From contig JADGOU010000001.1 in NCBI GenBank assembly GCA_017882835.1, positions 1 through 35,736 on the forward strand: 35,736 nucleotides of DNA, given 5' to 3'. The translations under genes were made by a program, and so were the position numbers. The notes beneath the pieces were generated by a model. That model did not search any database, had not been told where the DNA came from, and saw nothing but the letters and a program-made list of their open reading frames with translations. This document shows positions 6,697 to 18,552 of the stretch, piece after piece. The DNA comes from Frankiaceae bacterium (lineage in GTDB: Bacteria; Actinomycetota; Actinomycetes; JADGOU01). Each line of letters begins with the position of its first letter. The stretch's first letter is position 1.

Positions 6697-8147
6697 GTCC
6701 GCTCTGCCAGCGCCGCGAGCACCTCGGGTCCCAACATCGTGACGTCGCCGGCGCCGAGGGTGAGCACTAGGTCCCCCGGTTGGGTCCGCTCCACCAGTCG
6801 GGCCGGCACCGCCGAGAACGACGGCTCGAGTAAGACCTGACCGCCGGGCAGTGGCACCGCCGCCGCCACCGCCGCTCCGGTCGCGCCCGGCACCGGGTCC
6901 TCGCCGGCGGAGTACACCTCCAGCACGACCACCTCGTCGGCCAGCCCGAGAGCCTGCCCGAGCTCCGCTCCGAGGGCCGCCGTCCGGCTGTACCGGTGCG
7001 GCTGGAAGGCGACCACCAGTCGGCCACCGTCGGCCACCTCGCGGGCGGCCCGCAGCGTGGCCGTGATCTCGGTCGGATGGTGCGCGTAGTCGTCGAAGAC
7101 CCGCACTCCCGCGGCCGCGCCCTTGAGCTCAAACCGCCGCCGCACGCCGCGATAGGCGGCCAGCCCCGCGCGCAGGTCCTCGACCGGCAGCCCCAGCGCC
7201 AGGCCGGCGGTCAACGCGGCCGCCGCGTTCAGGGCGTTGTGCCGGCCGGGGACCTCCAGCCGGATCTCCCCAAGCCGGCGGCCGCGCAGTACTGCCTCGA
7301 ACCGCGACCCGAAACCCGCCAGCGTCAGGTCGGCCACCCGCAGGTCGGCGTCGTCGGCCTCCCCGTAGGTGTGGACCGGCGCCGGCGCGCTACCGGCGAG
7401 CGCCCGGGCGCCCGGATCGTCCGCGCACAGCACGACGAAGCCGGCCGGGGGGACCAAGCCAACGAACTGCGCGAAGACCCGCTCCACCGCGGCCAGGTCG
7501 GCGTAGTGGTCGAGGTGCTCGCCCTCGACATTGGTCACGATCGCGGCGTACGGCGAGAGCAGCAGGAAGGAGCCGTCGCTTTCGTCCGCCTCGGCGATAA
7601 ACAGCTCACCGCTGCCGTGGTGGGCGTTGGAACCGGCCTCGTTCAGGTCACCGCCGATCGCGAACGACGGGTCCACCCCGCAGCGCTGCAGGGCCACGGT
7701 GAGCATCGACGTCGTGGTGGTCTTGCCGTGGGTGCCGGCCACGGCCACGCCGCGGCGCCCGGCCATCACCGCGGCCAGCGCCTTCGCCCTCGGCAGCACT
7801 CGCAGCCCTCGCTGGCGGGCCGCCGCGAGCTCCGGGTTGGACTCCCGGATAGCGCTGGAGACCACCACGGTGTCGGCCGCGCCGAGGTGGTCGGCGGCGT
7901 GACCGACAAAGATCTCACCACCGAGGGCCCGGAGCGCCGCCAGGGCGCGCGAGTCCTTCGCGTCGCTGCCGGAGACCGGCGTGCCCCGGGCCAGCAGGAT
8001 CCGGGCCAGCCCGCTCATCCCGGCCCCGCCGACACCGATCAGGTGCACCCGCCCGAGGGCAACTCGGGGACCCGTCGGCTCGGGGCTGTCCAGCCCGGGT
8101 TCCCTCCCTGAGCCGTGCGCGCTCCTCACCTGATCAGTCTCCCCCAT
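6693..8147 (-). CDS. murC: UDP-N-acetylmuramate--L-alanine ligase MurC
   Basis: 484 aa. It has [12 protein letters not shown], the P-loop [11 protein letters not shown] and Mur-ligase middle and C-terminal domains. The start is ATG 8147 or the in-frame GTG 8129, which forms a GTGA overlap with the murG stop. Confidence 0.9.
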   Translation of the reverse strand: MGETDQVRSAHGSGREPGLDSPEPTGPRVALGRVHLIGVGGAGMSGLARILLARGTPVSGSDAKDSRALAALRALGGEIFVGHAADHLGAADTVVVSSAIRESNPELAAARQRGLRVLPRAKALAAVMAGRRGVAVAGTHGKTTTTSMLTVALQRCGVDPSFAIGGDLNEAGSNAHHGSGELFIAEADESDGSFLLLSPYAAIVTNVEGEHLDHYADLAAVERVFAQFVGLVPPAGFVVLCADDPGARALAGSAPAPVHTYGEADDADLRVADLTLAGFGSRFEAVLRGRRLGEIRLEVPGRHNALNAAAALTAGLALGLPVEDLRAGLAAYRGVRRRFELKGAAAGVRVFDDYAHHPTEITATLRAAREVADGGRLVVAFQPHRYSRTAALGAELGQALGLADEVVVLEVYSAGEDPVPGATGAAVAAAVPLPGGQVLLEPSFSAVPARLVERTQPGDLVLTLGAGDVTMLGPEVLAALAERT

Positions 8148-9313
8148 CGCCCGATGTCGCCCCCAGCGGCGGTCGAGTGGCTGGGGTCGGCGATCGGCTT
8201 CGCCCCGGCAGCCGCCGTCCGCACCATCGCGGCGAGCGCCACGTCACCGTCCCGCCGGCCGAAGCGGGCCGCCGCAGCGCTCATCCGCCCGAGTCGCTCG
8301 GAGTCAGTGACCAGCGGCAGCACGTGCGTGGCCACCCAGGCGGCGGCCAGCGCAGCGTCGGCGACCTCGAGCCCGCCGCCGGCGGCCACCACGGCCGCGG
8401 CGTTGAGCCGCTGCTCGCCGTTGCCCACCGGCAGTGGCACGTACACCGCCGGCAGACCGACCGCGGTCAGTTCCGCACACGTCAGTGCGCCCGCCCGGCA
8501 CAGCGCCAGGTCGGCCACGGCGTAGGCCAGCTCCATCCGGTCCAGGTACGGCACGACGACATAGGCCGGCCCCCCGGCAACGGGCGGCGGCAGCGCCGCG
8601 GACACTGAAGCGGCGTTGGCCGGGCCGGTGACGTGCAGCACCTGGACACCGGCCGCAGCCAGCGCTGGCGCGGCGGCGGTTGCCGCGGCGTTCAGCGACC
8701 GCGCCCCCTGCGAGCCACCGAAGACCAGCAGCGTCGGCAGCTCCGGCGCCAACCCAAGCTCCGCGCGCGCCGCCGGCCGTAGCGCCGCCCGGTCCAGCGT
8801 CGCGACCACGGGGCGCAGCGGAACGCCGACCACCCGGGCGTGCGGCCAGGCAATGCCCTCGTTGGCAACCCCGACGTACGGCGTCAACCGGGCCCCCACC
8901 CGGTTGGCCAAGCCCGGCCGGGCGTTGGCCTCGTGCACGACGATCGGGATACCGCGGCGGCGAGCGGCCAGGTAGGCGGGGAACGCGACGTAGCCACCGA
9001 ACCCGACCAGCACGTCGGCGCGCACCTCGGCCAACACCCGCCCGGCGGCGCGCACGGCACTTGCTGCCCGCGCGGGCACCACCAGCAGGCCCGGCGTCAG
9101 CCGTCGCGGCAGCGGTACCGGTGGGATCAGCCGCAGCTCGTAGCCGCGGGCGGGCACCAGTCGGGTCTCCAGACCCCGCGCGGTGCCGAGTGCGGTGATC
9201 TTGGTGTCCGCATCCAGCCGACGTAACGCGTCGGCAAGCGCCAACGCCGGCTCGACGTGGCCGGCGGTGCCCCCACCCGCCAAGACCACCCGCAGCGCGT
9301 CGGTCGAGCTCAC
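8126..9313 (-). CDS. murG: Lipid II glycosyltransferase MurG
   Basis: Track ORF 8126..9586 trimmed to GTG 9313 (GTGA overlap with the ftsW stop). It has the N-terminal [22 protein letters not shown] and the C-terminal ..[20 protein letters not shown]. Confidence 0.88.
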   Translation of the reverse strand: MSSTDALRVVLAGGGTAGHVEPALALADALRRLDADTKITALGTARGLETRLVPARGYELRLIPPVPLPRRLTPGLLVVPARAASAVRAAGRVLAEVRADVLVGFGGYVAFPAYLAARRRGIPIVVHEANARPGLANRVGARLTPYVGVANEGIAWPHARVVGVPLRPVVATLDRAALRPAARAELGLAPELPTLLVFGGSQGARSLNAAATAAAPALAAAGVQVLHVTGPANAASVSAALPPPVAGGPAYVVVPYLDRMELAYAVADLALCRAGALTCAELTAVGLPAVYVPLPVGNGEQRLNAAAVVAAGGGLEVADAALAAAWVATHVLPLVTDSERLGRMSAAAARFGRRDGDVALAAMVRTAAAGAKPIADPSHSTAAGGDIGRWGRLIR

Positions 9314-10602
9314 CGCCGGACCAGGCGGCGCCGGCGGCCTCCGGGGACCGGTGGCGTACCGGCGCGGCGCGACCGTCGCCACCGGGACAGCGGCCCGCCG
9401 GTGCGCGCTGCCAGCGCGGCCGCTGCGCCCGGCTCTGTCCGGGCGAACGATGCCAGCATGCCGACGGCGAACAGGGTGGGCAGCAGCGCCGATCCGCCAA
9501 AGGAGATCAGCGGCAGCGGGATGCCGGTGATCGGCAGCAGGCCGACGACCGCGCCCACGTTCACCACGGCCTGGCCGACCAGCCACGCAGTGACCGCGGT
9601 CGCGGCCAACCGGACGAATGGGTCAGTCGTCCGCCGAGCGGTCCGAATCCCGGCGTACGCCAGCGTGGCAAACAGCAGCAGCACCGTGAAGGTGCCCACC
9701 AGGCCCAACTCTTCGCCGATGATGGCGAAGACGTAGTCGGTGTGCGCGTTGGGCAGCCCGCCCAGCCACTTCTCCTTGCTCGCGCCCAGGCCGATCCCCC
9801 ACCAACCGCCCGAGGACAGCGCGTACAGGCCTTGGATCGCCTGGAAACCGCGGCCCAGCGGGTCGGCAAAGGGGTTCAGGAAGCCGGTGAACCGCGCCAT
9901 CCGGTACGGCTCGATGTAGATCAGCAATCCGGTGAGCCCGGCCACCGTCGTGCTGATCGCCGCGAACAGCCGCACCGGCGCCCCGACCACCCACAGCAGC
10001 GCCATGGTGACCAGCAGCAGGACGATCGTGGTGCCGAGGTCCGGCTCCAGCATGATCAATCCGGCCAGCAGCGCGGTCACCGGCAACAGCGGGATGACCA
10101 GGTGCTTCCACTGCCCGAGCAACCGCTGCTTGCGGGCCAGCAGGTCAGCTCCCCACAGCGCCAACGCCAGCTTGGCCAACTCGCTGGGCTGATAACTCAG
10201 CGGACCCATTTCGATCCAGCGGGTGGCGCCGTCGACGTTGCGCCCCACGCCCGGGACCAGCACGGCAACCAGGCCGAGCACCGAGAACAGCATCAGCGGA
10301 TAGCCCAGCCAGCGATAGGTCCGCACCGGCAGCCAGCGCGCCAGCGCCAACGCTGGCAGGCCGAGCGCCACCCACTGGGCCTGCGTGACCAACACGGTGT
10401 AGGAGGAACCGCTGCGGGCGTAGGAGCGGACGCTGGAGGCAGAGAAGACCATGGTCAGGCCAATGATCACCAAGGCGGCGGCGCAACCGAGCACGAGGTA
10501 GTACGACGTCAGCGGCCGGCGCAAGACCGGCAGCCGGTCCGGCGCGGCCGGCTGCGGCGCGGACCCGCTGGCGAGCCGACGGTCGGTGGTGGTGGCGCTC
10601 AC
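9310..10602 (-). CDS. ftsW: FtsW (SEDS family) lipid II flippase / peptidoglycan polymerase
   Basis: 430 aa polytopic membrane protein of the FtsW/RodA/SpoVE type (..[12 protein letters not shown].., ..[19 protein letters not shown].., ..[14 protein letters not shown]). It lies between murD and murG. GTG 10602 overlaps the murD stop. Confidence 0.9.
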   Translation of the reverse strand: MSATTTDRRLASGSAPQPAAPDRLPVLRRPLTSYYLVLGCAAALVIIGLTMVFSASSVRSYARSGSSYTVLVTQAQWVALGLPALALARWLPVRTYRWLGYPLMLFSVLGLVAVLVPGVGRNVDGATRWIEMGPLSYQPSELAKLALALWGADLLARKQRLLGQWKHLVIPLLPVTALLAGLIMLEPDLGTTIVLLLVTMALLWVVGAPVRLFAAISTTVAGLTGLLIYIEPYRMARFTGFLNPFADPLGRGFQAIQGLYALSSGGWWGIGLGASKEKWLGGLPNAHTDYVFAIIGEELGLVGTFTVLLLFATLAYAGIRTARRTTDPFVRLAATAVTAWLVGQAVVNVGAVVGLLPITGIPLPLISFGGSALLPTLFAVGMLASFARTEPGAAAALAARTGGPLSRWRRSRRAGTPPVPGGRRRRLVRR

Positions 10603-12059
10603 CGCGCCGACCCGGACACCGTGTTGACCGCCGCCGCGAACGCGTCCCCGCGCGCGGCGTAGTTGGCGAACATGTCCATCGAGGCAGCGGCCGGCGCCAG
10701 CAGAACGGTGTCGCCGGGCTGGGCCAGCCGAGCCGCCTGCCGTACGACGTCGCCCATGGCCCCAGTGTCGGTGCGCGCCACCTCGACGACCGGGATTGCC
10801 GGGGCGTGTCGCGTCAGCGCGTCGCGAATCTCGGCCCGGCAGCTGCCCATCAGTACGGCGGCCCGCAACCGCTCGCGCGCCGCCAGCACCAGCTCGTCGA
10901 AGCTCAGCCCCTTGCCCAGACCGCCGGCCACCCAGACCACCGACGGGTACGCCGCCAGCGACGCCGCCGCCGCGTGCGGGTTGGTGGCCTTGGAGTCGTC
11001 GACGTAGCTAACCTGGTCGACGACTGCCACCAGCGCGTTGCGGTGCGGGTCCGGCGTGAAGCCGCGCAGGCCGGCGCGCACAGCGTCGGCGAGCACGCCG
11101 TACGCCCGGGCCAGGGCCGCGGCGGCCAGCGCGTTGGCAATGTTGGGTGGCCCCGCCGGCCGGACGTCGGCGGCGGCGGCCAGGTCGACGCCGGTCTGGT
11201 CGACGCCGGTCTGGTCGGCCGCAGCGGCATCCGGACCGAACGCCCGGTCGACCAGCCGGCCGGCGACCACCCCGAGCTGACCCGGGCCCGGCTCGGCGAG
11301 GGTGAACGACACCTGCCGGCCGGGGGCGGCTGTCAGCGCCTGCGCCGTGGGCGGGTCGTCGGCGTTGCCGATGGCCACGGTCTGGCCCCCGGCCCAGATC
11401 TTGGCCTTCGCCTCCTGGTAGGCCGCCACCGAGCCGTGCCAGTCCAGGTGGTCGTCGGCCAGGTTGAGCACCGCCGCGGCGAACGGGCGCAGCGAGGCTG
11501 ACCAGTGCAGCTGGAAGCTGGACAGCTCGACCGCAAGCACGTCGTACGGCGGGTCCGCCAGCACCGCGGCCAGCAGCGGGGTGCCGACGTTGCCGACCGC
11601 CACCGCACGCCGACCGGCGGCGGTCAGGATGGCGGTGAGCATCCGCACGGTGGTGGTCTTGCCGTTGGTCCCGGTGAGCGCCAGCCAGGGCGCGGCGTGA
11701 CCGGCTGCCGCGGCCGGCCGCAGCCGCCAGGCCAGCTCGACCTCCCCCCAGACCGGGATGCCGGCGGCCGCGGCCGAGCGCAGCAGCGGTGCCTGCGGTC
11801 GCCACCCGGGCGAGGTCACGACCAGCGTCGCGCCGGCCGGTGGCGCGGCGGTGGCGGCCGGGCCGAGCCGCACCGTGGCCCCCAGCGCGGCCAGCGCGGC
11901 CGCCCGGGTCGCCAGCTCGGCAGCGTCCGAGCCGTCGACCACGCTGACCCGGGCGCCCAACCGCAGCAGCGTCTCCGCCGCGGCGACCCCGGAGATCCCC
12001 AGCCCGGCCACGCACACCGACCGGCCCTCCCAGCCGCCCTCGGGTGGTCCGCCGTTCAC
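10599..12059 (-). CDS. murD: UDP-N-acetylmuramoylalanine--D-glutamate ligase MurD
   Basis: Track ORF 10599..13313 is an upstream read-through. It is trimmed to GTG 12059 (GTGA overlap with the mraY stop). Motifs: [14 protein letters not shown], the P-loop [11 protein letters not shown], and [11 protein letters not shown]. Confidence 0.88.
   Translation of the reverse strand: MNGGPPEGGWEGRSVCVAGLGISGVAAAETLLRLGARVSVVDGSDAAELATRAAALAALGATVRLGPAATAAPPAGATLVVTSPGWRPQAPLLRSAAAAGIPVWGEVELAWRLRPAAAAGHAAPWLALTGTNGKTTTVRMLTAILTAAGRRAVAVGNVGTPLLAAVLADPPYDVLAVELSSFQLHWSASLRPFAAAVLNLADDHLDWHGSVAAYQEAKAKIWAGGQTVAIGNADDPPTAQALTAAPGRQVSFTLAEPGPGQLGVVAGRLVDRAFGPDAAAADQTGVDQTGVDLAAAADVRPAGPPNIANALAAAALARAYGVLADAVRAGLRGFTPDPHRNALVAVVDQVSYVDDSKATNPHAAAASLAAYPSVVWVAGGLGKGLSFDELVLAARERLRAAVLMGSCRAEIRDALTRHAPAIPVVEVARTDTGAMGDVVRQAARLAQPGDTVLLAPAAASMDMFANYAARGDAFAAAVNTVSGSAR
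11183..11217. repeat. 15-bp in-frame tandem duplication inside murD
   Basis: ggtcgacgccggtct occurs twice plus a partial copy. It encodes [11 protein letters not shown]. Confidence 0.9.
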
Positions 12060-13153
12060 CCGATCGCCCCGTGGGAGAGGAACTCGGCGTAGAAGACGCC
12101 CAGGCCGAAGGCGACGGCGAGGCCGGCCACGATCCAGAACCGGACGATGACGGTGTTCTCCACCCACCCGGCCAGCTCGAAGTGGTGGTGGATCGGCGCC
12201 ATGTTGAACAATCTGCGGCGCGATAGCTTGAAGCCAGCCACCTGCAAGATCACCGAAACCGTCTCGATCACGAACAGCCCACCGAGGACGACCAGCAGCA
12301 GCTGCGTGCGGGTGACGATGGCGATCCCGGCCAGCGCCCCGCCGATCGCGAGCGAGCCAGTGTCGCCCATGAAGATCTTCGCTGGGGAGGCGTTCCACCA
12401 CAGGAAGCCGAAGCAGGCCCCCATGGCGGCAGCCGCGACGATCGAGACGTCGAGCGGATCCCGCGCGGTGTAGCAGCCGGCCGCGGACGCGCCAGCCAGC
12501 GCGCAGCTGTTGCCGAACTGCCAGAAGGCGATGACCACGTAGGCCATGAACACCATCACCGCGGCACCGGAGGCCAGCCCGTCCAGGCCATCGGTCAGGT
12601 TCACCCCGTTCGCGGTTGCGGCGATCATGACGTACGCCCAGATCACGAACAGGGTGGACCCGACGGCGCCAGCGGCGAACACGACGTTGCTGTCCCGCAC
12701 GAACGAGACGGTCCGGGAGGCCGGCGTCAGTCCGGAGTGGTTGCGAAAGCCCAGCGCCAGCACGGCGAACGCGATCGACACCACCGACTGCCCCGCCAGC
12801 TTTGCCCTCGACTTCAGCCCGAGGCTGCGCTGTTTGACGATCTTGATGTAGTCGTCCAGGAAGCCCACCAGACCCAGCCCCGTCATCAGGAACAGCACCA
12901 GCAGCGCGGACGCGGTGGGGCCGCGACCAGGACCCGGGCTCGCCACGTGGGCGGCGGCGTAACCCACCAGGGTGGCCGCGATGATGACCATGCCCCCCAT
13001 CGTCGGCGTACCGCGCTTGGTGTGGTGCGACGTCGGCCCGTCGGCGCGGATCTCCTGGCCGTATCCGCGGCGGCGCAGCACCCGGATGGCGGCCGGAGTG
13101 ACGACGATGGACAGCAGCAACGAGGTCAGGGCGGCAACGAGGACGGACCTCAC
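12056..13153 (-). CDS. mraY: Phospho-N-acetylmuramoyl-pentapeptide transferase MraY
   Basis: Track ORF 12056..14098 trimmed to GTG 13153 (GTGA overlap with the murF stop). Motifs: [46 protein letters not shown]. Confidence 0.9.
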   Translation of the reverse strand: MRSVLVAALTSLLLSIVVTPAAIRVLRRRGYGQEIRADGPTSHHTKRGTPTMGGMVIIAATLVGYAAAHVASPGPGRGPTASALLVLFLMTGLGLVGFLDDYIKIVKQRSLGLKSRAKLAGQSVVSIAFAVLALGFRNHSGLTPASRTVSFVRDSNVVFAAGAVGSTLFVIWAYVMIAATANGVNLTDGLDGLASGAAVMVFMAYVVIAFWQFGNSCALAGASAAGCYTARDPLDVSIVAAAAMGACFGFLWWNASPAKIFMGDTGSLAIGGALAGIAIVTRTQLLLVVLGGLFVIETVSVILQVAGFKLSRRRLFNMAPIHHHFELAGWVENTVIVRFWIVAGLAVAFGLGVFYAEFLSHGAIG

Positions 13154-14589
13154 GGGCGACCCACCGGCGCTGCCCCGAGGCCAACCGTCGGCGGCCAGTC
13201 GGCCAACAGAGCGGTGGCCACTCGCTCCAGGCCGGCAGCCCGGGAGGCCTTGACCAAGACGACGTCCCCCGGCTCCAGCTCGGCGCGCAGGAGTGCGAGG
13301 GCGGCGGCGGCATCGGGGACAGCCACCGACTCGTTCGCCCAGGACCCCTCCAGCGCCGCGCCGGCGTGGATCAGTCGCGCCTGCGGGCCGACGGCCACCA
13401 ACCGAGAGACGTTCAGCCGGACGGCCAGCCGGCCGAGCGCATCGTGTTCGGCCGCGGCGGCGTCGCCGAGCTCCCCCATCGCCCCCAACACCGCCCAGGT
13501 ACGCCGCGCACCGCCGGTCGACATCGCGGCCAGCGCCTTGAGCGCGGCCCGCATCGACTCCGGGTTGGCGTTGTAGGCGTCGTTGACGACGGTGACCCCG
13601 TCCGCCCGCTCGGCCACCTCCATCCGCCACCGGCTGACTGGCGCGGCGGTGGCCAGCGCGCTCGCGACCTCCGTGGCCGGCATCCCCACGGCCAGCGCGA
13701 CGGCGGCGGCCGCCAGGGCGTTGTCGACCTGGTGCTCGCCGTACAGCTGGAGCTGCACGCGGGCCGCAAACTCCGCGGTGGCGAGGGTGAAGCTGGCCCG
13801 ACCCGCGGCATCCAGCACCACGTCGTCGGCGCGGACGTCGGTGGCAGCGCTCCGGCCGACCCGCAGCACCCGGGCGGCGGTGCGGCTGGCCATGGCCGCG
13901 ACCTGCGGGTCGTCGGCGTTGAGCACCGCCAGCCCGTCGGCGGGCAGCGCTTCGACCAGCTCGGCCTTCGCCCGGGCGATCGCCTCCCGGCTGCCAAACT
14001 CGCCCAGGTGCGCGCTGCCGACGTTGAGCACGACGGCGATGTCCGGCGGCGCGATCCGGGCCAGCCGGGTGAGGTGGCCCAGGCCGCGGGCACTGCACTC
14101 CAGCACCAGGAACCGGGTGTCTGCCTCGGCCCGCAGCACGGTGAGCGGATGGCCCAGGTCGTTGTTATAAGAGCCGGCCGCGGCCACGGTCGGGCCGAGC
14201 CGGCACAGCATCCCGGCCAGCAGGTCCTTGGTCGAGGTCTTGCCGCTGGAGCCGGTGATGCCGATGACCGTCGTACCCGGGAGCCGGCCGAGCACCGCCC
14301 TAGCCAGCCGGCCGAGCGCAGCCACCACGCCCGCATCGCCGTCGTCGACGACGACGGCCGGTACGCCGACGGGCCGGGCCGCCAGCACCCCGACCGCACC
14401 GGCGGCGACCGCGGCGGCGGCAAAGTCGTGGCCGTCGACCCGGGTCCCGGCCAGCGCGACGAACAGGGCACCGCGAGGGACCGCGCGGGAGTCGATGGTG
14501 ACGGCGGTGACCGGCGTCACGGGAACTTCGACGGCGTCGAGCCGCCCGGTCACCGCCTGCGCCACCTCCGCCAGGGACAGCGCGATCAC
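13150..14589 (-). CDS. murF: UDP-MurNAc-tripeptide--D-Ala-D-Ala ligase MurF
   Basis: 479 aa. It has the P-loop [14 protein letters not shown] and the Mur-ligase domain order. GTG 14589 overlaps the murE stop. Confidence 0.9.
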   Translation of the reverse strand: MIALSLAEVAQAVTGRLDAVEVPVTPVTAVTIDSRAVPRGALFVALAGTRVDGHDFAAAAVAAGAVGVLAARPVGVPAVVVDDGDAGVVAALGRLARAVLGRLPGTTVIGITGSSGKTSTKDLLAGMLCRLGPTVAAAGSYNNDLGHPLTVLRAEADTRFLVLECSARGLGHLTRLARIAPPDIAVVLNVGSAHLGEFGSREAIARAKAELVEALPADGLAVLNADDPQVAAMASRTAARVLRVGRSAATDVRADDVVLDAAGRASFTLATAEFAARVQLQLYGEHQVDNALAAAAVALAVGMPATEVASALATAAPVSRWRMEVAERADGVTVVNDAYNANPESMRAALKALAAMSTGGARRTWAVLGAMGELGDAAAAEHDALGRLAVRLNVSRLVAVGPQARLIHAGAALEGSWANESVAVPDAAAALALLRAELEPGDVVLVKASRAAGLERVATALLADWPPTVGLGAAPVGRP

Positions 14590-16136
14590 GAGCGCGAACC
14601 GGCCGAGCGCAGGGCGCCGCGCAGCACCTCGCGGTCGTCGAAGGGGGTCACTACGCCGCCGTACTCCTGGCCGGTCTCGTGCCCCTTGCCGGCGACGACG
14701 AGCACGTCCCCGGCCCCGGCGCGAGCCACCGCCAGCGCGATCGCGGCCGCGCGGTCCGGCTCGACCACCACCTCGGCCCGCTCGGCGGCGGCAACGTCGC
14801 GGGCGCCGGCGGTCATCGCCGCCAGGATGGACAGCGGGTCCTCGGAGCGCGGGTTGTCGCTGGTGAGCACGGCCAGGTCGGCCGCTCGGGCAACGGCAGC
14901 CCCCATCTGCGGGCGCTTGCCGGCGTCCCGGTCGCCACCACAGCCCAGCACCACCAGGACCCGGCCGACCGGCGCGGCGGCGCGGACCTCAGCCAGCAAC
15001 CGGGCCACCGCCGCCGGCGTATGCGCGTAGTCGACCAAGGCCACAAACGGCTGGCCGGCGTCGACCCGCTCCATCCGGCCGGGCACTCCGGCCAGTGCCC
15101 CGACCCCCGCGGCCGCATCCGCCAGGGGAACCCCGGCGGCGGCCAGGGTGGCCACTGCGGACAGGCCGTTGGCCACGTTGACAGCGCCGGGCAGCTGGAG
15201 GGACACCGAGATCTCGCCGACCGGTCCGCGCACGGTGAACGTGCTCCCGGTCAACCCGGCCTGGACGGCGGTCGTCGTCCAAGCCGCCCCGCCGACAGCG
15301 GTGGTCGAGCAGGTCTGCACCGGCAGCCTCGTCTCCCGCGCCAACCGCTGCCCGTAGCCGTCGTCCACAGTGATCACCGCGCGAGCGGCCCGGTCCGGGG
15401 TGAACAACGACGCCTTGGCGGCGTAGTAGTGCGCCATGTCGGCGTGGAAGTCCAAGTGGTCCTGGGAAAGGTTGGTGAAAACCGCCACGGCGAACCGGAT
15501 GCCGTCCACCCGGCCCAGCGCCAGCGCGTGGCTGGACACCTCCATCGCCACCGCGGTCACGCCACGCTCGCGCATCACCGCCAGCAGCGCCTGCAGCTCA
15601 GGCGCCTCCGGGGTGGTGCGGACGCTGGGCACCACGGTGCCCGCGATGTGGGTTTCGATCGTGCCTACCAGGCCGGTGACGTGTCCCGCGGCGCGCAGGC
15701 CAGAGTCCAGCAGGTACGCCGTGGTGGTCTTGCCGTTGGTGCCGGTGACTCCGAGAACGGCCAGGTCGCGAGCTGGGTCGTCGTACGCCCAGACCGACAC
15801 GGCCCCGAGTACGGCGCGCGGGTCGGGCACGACGGCGACCGGCAGCCCGGTGGCCGCCGCTGGGATGGCGCCCACCGGATCGGTGAGCACGGCGACCGCT
15901 CCGCCGGCGGCGGCCTGGGCCGCGAAGTCGGCGCCGTGACTGTGCGCCCCGGGCAGCGCGGCGTACAGGTCCCCGGGGCGCACCATTCGCGAGTTCAACG
16001 TCGCTCCGGTCACGGTCCGTCCCGCCGGCGCGGGACCCGCCCACCGGGCCTGGGGCAGCACGGCGGCCAGTCCGGCCAGCGGCTGTCGGCGGGACTGCGC
16101 CGGGCGCACCTGGGCAACGGGCAGGGACGCGGACAC
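14586..16136 (-). CDS. murE: UDP-MurNAc-L-Ala-D-Glu--2,6-diaminopimelate ligase MurE
   Basis: Track ORF 14586..16376 trimmed to the first start after the ftsI stop (GTG 16136). It has the P-loop [14 protein letters not shown] and a DNPRSEDP motif; the DNPR motif is associated with meso-DAP-adding enzymes. The start has no convincing Shine-Dalgarno (SD) sequence, so it is uncertain. Confidence 0.85.
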   Translation of the reverse strand: MSASLPVAQVRPAQSRRQPLAGLAAVLPQARWAGPAPAGRTVTGATLNSRMVRPGDLYAALPGAHSHGADFAAQAAAGGAVAVLTDPVGAIPAAATGLPVAVVPDPRAVLGAVSVWAYDDPARDLAVLGVTGTNGKTTTAYLLDSGLRAAGHVTGLVGTIETHIAGTVVPSVRTTPEAPELQALLAVMRERGVTAVAMEVSSHALALGRVDGIRFAVAVFTNLSQDHLDFHADMAHYYAAKASLFTPDRAARAVITVDDGYGQRLARETRLPVQTCSTTAVGGAAWTTTAVQAGLTGSTFTVRGPVGEISVSLQLPGAVNVANGLSAVATLAAAGVPLADAAAGVGALAGVPGRMERVDAGQPFVALVDYAHTPAAVARLLAEVRAAAPVGRVLVVLGCGGDRDAGKRPQMGAAVARAADLAVLTSDNPRSEDPLSILAAMTAGARDVAAAERAEVVVEPDRAAAIALAVARAGAGDVLVVAGKGHETGQEYGGVVTPFDDREVLRGALRSAGSRS

Positions 16137-16153
16137 GATGGGGAGGTTACCGG

Positions 16154-17980
16154 TCAGTCCGTCGTCAGCTTCGCGGTCGGGGCAGCCGTGCCGGTGGGCG
16201 GAATCTGCCGTGCCTGCAGGGCGAACGCCATCACGTCGTGGAACACCGGAGCGGCCAGGGTGCCACCAAAGTGGCCGTTCTGCGGGTCCTGCAGCACCAC
16301 CGCGACGACCAGCTGCGGGTTGTCCGCCGGCGCCATCCCAACAAAGGAGGCGGTGTAGCCGCGGTAGCAGCCGCACGTCGGGTCGACCCGCTGCGACGTA
16401 CCGGTCTTGCCGGCGACCCGGAAGCCGTCAATGCGCGCCTCCGGGGCCGTCCCCTCGTTGGAGGTGACCGCCTCCAGCATGGTCCGCAGCTCCTGGGCGG
16501 TCTTCGGGCTGACAACCGTCGTCCGCCCGGGTGCCGGCGTGGGACTCAGCCGGCCGTCGCTGCCGATCGTGTCGCGCACCACCCTGGGGGGCACCCGGAC
16601 GCCGTCGTTGGCCACTGTCGCGTACACCGAGGCCATCTGCAGCGCGTTGACCGACACCCCTTGACCGAAGGCGATGGTCGCGGCCTGAGTTCCCGACCAC
16701 TTGTCCGGCGGAGGCAGGATGCCGGCGCTCTCCCCGGCCAGGCCAGCGCCCGAGGACTGGCCGAAGCCGAAGCCGCGCAGCGCGTCGTACAGCTTGGTCT
16801 TGCCCAGCTGCTGGGCCACCAGCACGGTGCCGATGTTGGACGACTTCGCCAGTACGCCGGTGAAGGTCAGGTGCTCGACCCCGTGCTCCTCGGCGTCGTG
16901 GAAGACCCGGTCGTACACCGCCAACGTCGGCGGAACGGTGACCGGCGTGTCCGGTGTGACCACGCCCGCCTCCAGCGCGGCCGCGGCGGTGATGACCTTG
17001 TTCACGCTGCCCGGCTCGTATACCTCGCTGACAGCCGGGTCACCGCGCGCCGCCTCCGGCGCCGCGCCCTGCTGGTCGGGGTCGAAGGTCGGCGCGCCGG
17101 CCAGCGCCAGCACCTCACCGGTGTGCGGGTCCATCACGATCACCGACCCGCTGCGGGACCCGGTCGCCTGGACCTGGGCAACCAGCGCCTGCTGGGCCTG
17201 CCACTGGATGTCGCGGTCCAGCGTCAACTGCAGCGAGCTGCCCGGGACCGGCGGGGTGCCGGAGTGCTCGCCGGAGGGGATCTGGCGTCCGGCCGGGTCG
17301 ACCTCCATGGTCTCCCGGCCGCTCTTGCCCGCCAGCACCCCGTCGAAGGTCGCCTCCAGGCCACCGAGGCCGTTGCCGTCCTGGCCGGTGAACCCGATCA
17401 CGTTCGCGGCCAGGTCGGCGCCTGGGTGCACGCGCTTGGTCTCCGAAAGGCTGCCGATGCCGGGCAGACCGAGACTGAGCACCCGGTCTACCTGATCGGC
17501 TTCCAGGCCGCGGCCGAGGTAGACGAACCGCCCGGGCCGGCGCAGCTTCTCCTCCATCGCCGCCGGGTCCCCGCCGAGCAGGGCGGTGATCCGCGCTGCC
17601 GTCGCGGGCGGGTCGACGACCAGCATCGGGTCGGCGAACAGCGCCCGGGCCGGGACGGTGCCGGCCAGCCGGTTGCCGTTGCGGTCCAGGATCTCCCCGC
17701 GAGGGGCCGGCATGGCCACCGTGCGCAGCCGCTGTTTCGCTGCCTGGGCGGCGTACGCCGGGGCGTCCAGGCCCTGCAGCTGCACCAGCCGACCGGCGAG
17801 CACGACCAGCACGGTGAGCGCGGCCGCCAGCGCGACATGCAGCCGGCGACTCGGCCGGCCCAGCCGGACCCGACTCCGGCGAAGCGACCGGGGGGCGGCG
17901 GGGGGCGTCCGCCGCGCCGTCGGCGCCGTCGGCCGGGCAGCCACTCGCGACCGCTCCCGAGTGCCCACCGAGGAGGTCAC
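16154..17980 (-). CDS. ftsI: Class B penicillin-binding protein FtsI (septal transpeptidase)
   Basis: 608 aa. It has an N-terminal TM anchor and a dimerisation domain. Transpeptidase motifs are GSVNKV (SxxK), KSSNIG (SxN) and AGKTGTS (KTG). GTG 17980 overlaps the ftsL stop. Confidence 0.9.
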   Translation of the reverse strand: MTSSVGTRERSRVAARPTAPTARRTPPAAPRSLRRSRVRLGRPSRRLHVALAAALTVLVVLAGRLVQLQGLDAPAYAAQAAKQRLRTVAMPAPRGEILDRNGNRLAGTVPARALFADPMLVVDPPATAARITALLGGDPAAMEEKLRRPGRFVYLGRGLEADQVDRVLSLGLPGIGSLSETKRVHPGADLAANVIGFTGQDGNGLGGLEATFDGVLAGKSGRETMEVDPAGRQIPSGEHSGTPPVPGSSLQLTLDRDIQWQAQQALVAQVQATGSRSGSVIVMDPHTGEVLALAGAPTFDPDQQGAAPEAARGDPAVSEVYEPGSVNKVITAAAALEAGVVTPDTPVTVPPTLAVYDRVFHDAEEHGVEHLTFTGVLAKSSNIGTVLVAQQLGKTKLYDALRGFGFGQSSGAGLAGESAGILPPPDKWSGTQAATIAFGQGVSVNALQMASVYATVANDGVRVPPRVVRDTIGSDGRLSPTPAPGRTTVVSPKTAQELRTMLEAVTSNEGTAPEARIDGFRVAGKTGTSQRVDPTCGCYRGYTASFVGMAPADNPQLVVAVVLQDPQNGHFGGTLAAPVFHDVMAFALQARQIPPTGTAAPTAKLTTD

Positions 17981-18552
17981 GGGACGCTTGCCGGTGTGCC
18001 GGGGGCACCCACGGTCGGAGCCAAGATCCCCGCCGCACCCTCCGCCGGCCCGGTCGCCGGGGCTGGGTCGGCCGGGGCCGCGGATGCTGGTGCTGACGCG
18101 GTGGTGTCCGGGGACGCCGGGGTGGCGATGTGCGGCGTGGATGATCCCGACGGCGCGCCCAGCACGGCCCCGTCCGGCAGCCGGATGAACAGCGGGTTGG
18201 CGTTCGGGACCATGCCGAGGTCCCGAGCCCGCTGCGCCAGCTGGCCGGGGGCCTCGGCGGCCTCCACCGCCCGCTGCATCTCCTGCTCCCGCTGGCTGAG
18301 CACGGCGCCGCGCTTGGTCAGGTCGCTAACGGTGAAGGAGTCCTGCGATCGGGCGGTGTTGAGCAACAGCAGCCCGACCAGCGCCCCGGCGAGCAGGCCG
18401 AGGATGAGGACGACGAACGGCGCCCGGCGGGCGGCCGGCGCCCCGGTCGGCACCAACCGCAGCGGCGGCCGAGCTTCCCGCGCCGGGGGACCGGACGGAT
18501 GGGCGCCGGCGCGGGGGCGAGGCGCGCCCGTGGGCGCCGGCTGCGCGGTCAC
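17977..18552 (-). CDS. ftsL: FtsL-like septation membrane protein with a Pro/Ala-rich tail
   Basis: 191 aa. It has one TM helix ([19 protein letters not shown]) followed by a short coiled-coil-like stretch ([17 protein letters not shown]). Its position between rsmH and ftsI supports the call. GTG 18552 overlaps the rsmH stop. Confidence 0.7.
   Translation of the reverse strand: MTAQPAPTGAPRPRAGAHPSGPPAREARPPLRLVPTGAPAARRAPFVVLILGLLAGALVGLLLLNTARSQDSFTVSDLTKRGAVLSQREQEMQRAVEAAEAPGQLAQRARDLGMVPNANPLFIRLPDGAVLGAPSGSSTPHIATPASPDTTASAPASAAPADPAPATGPAEGAAGILAPTVGAPGTPASVP

Noticed and set aside
8304-9500. 398-aa minus-strand ORF in an alternative frame of murG
   Set aside because: It is off-frame relative to the motif-bearing MurG frame. 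It is Arg/Gly/Ala-rich.
12060-13313. 5' extension of the murD ORF (track ORF 10599..13313, 904 aa)
   Set aside because: The extension reads through mraY in a wrong frame. MurD homology begins at the GTG that overlaps the mraY stop.
13366-16358. Plus-strand ORFs of 554 aa and 559 aa (13366..15030, 14679..16358)
   Set aside because: They are antisense to murF and murE, and neither contains any motif.
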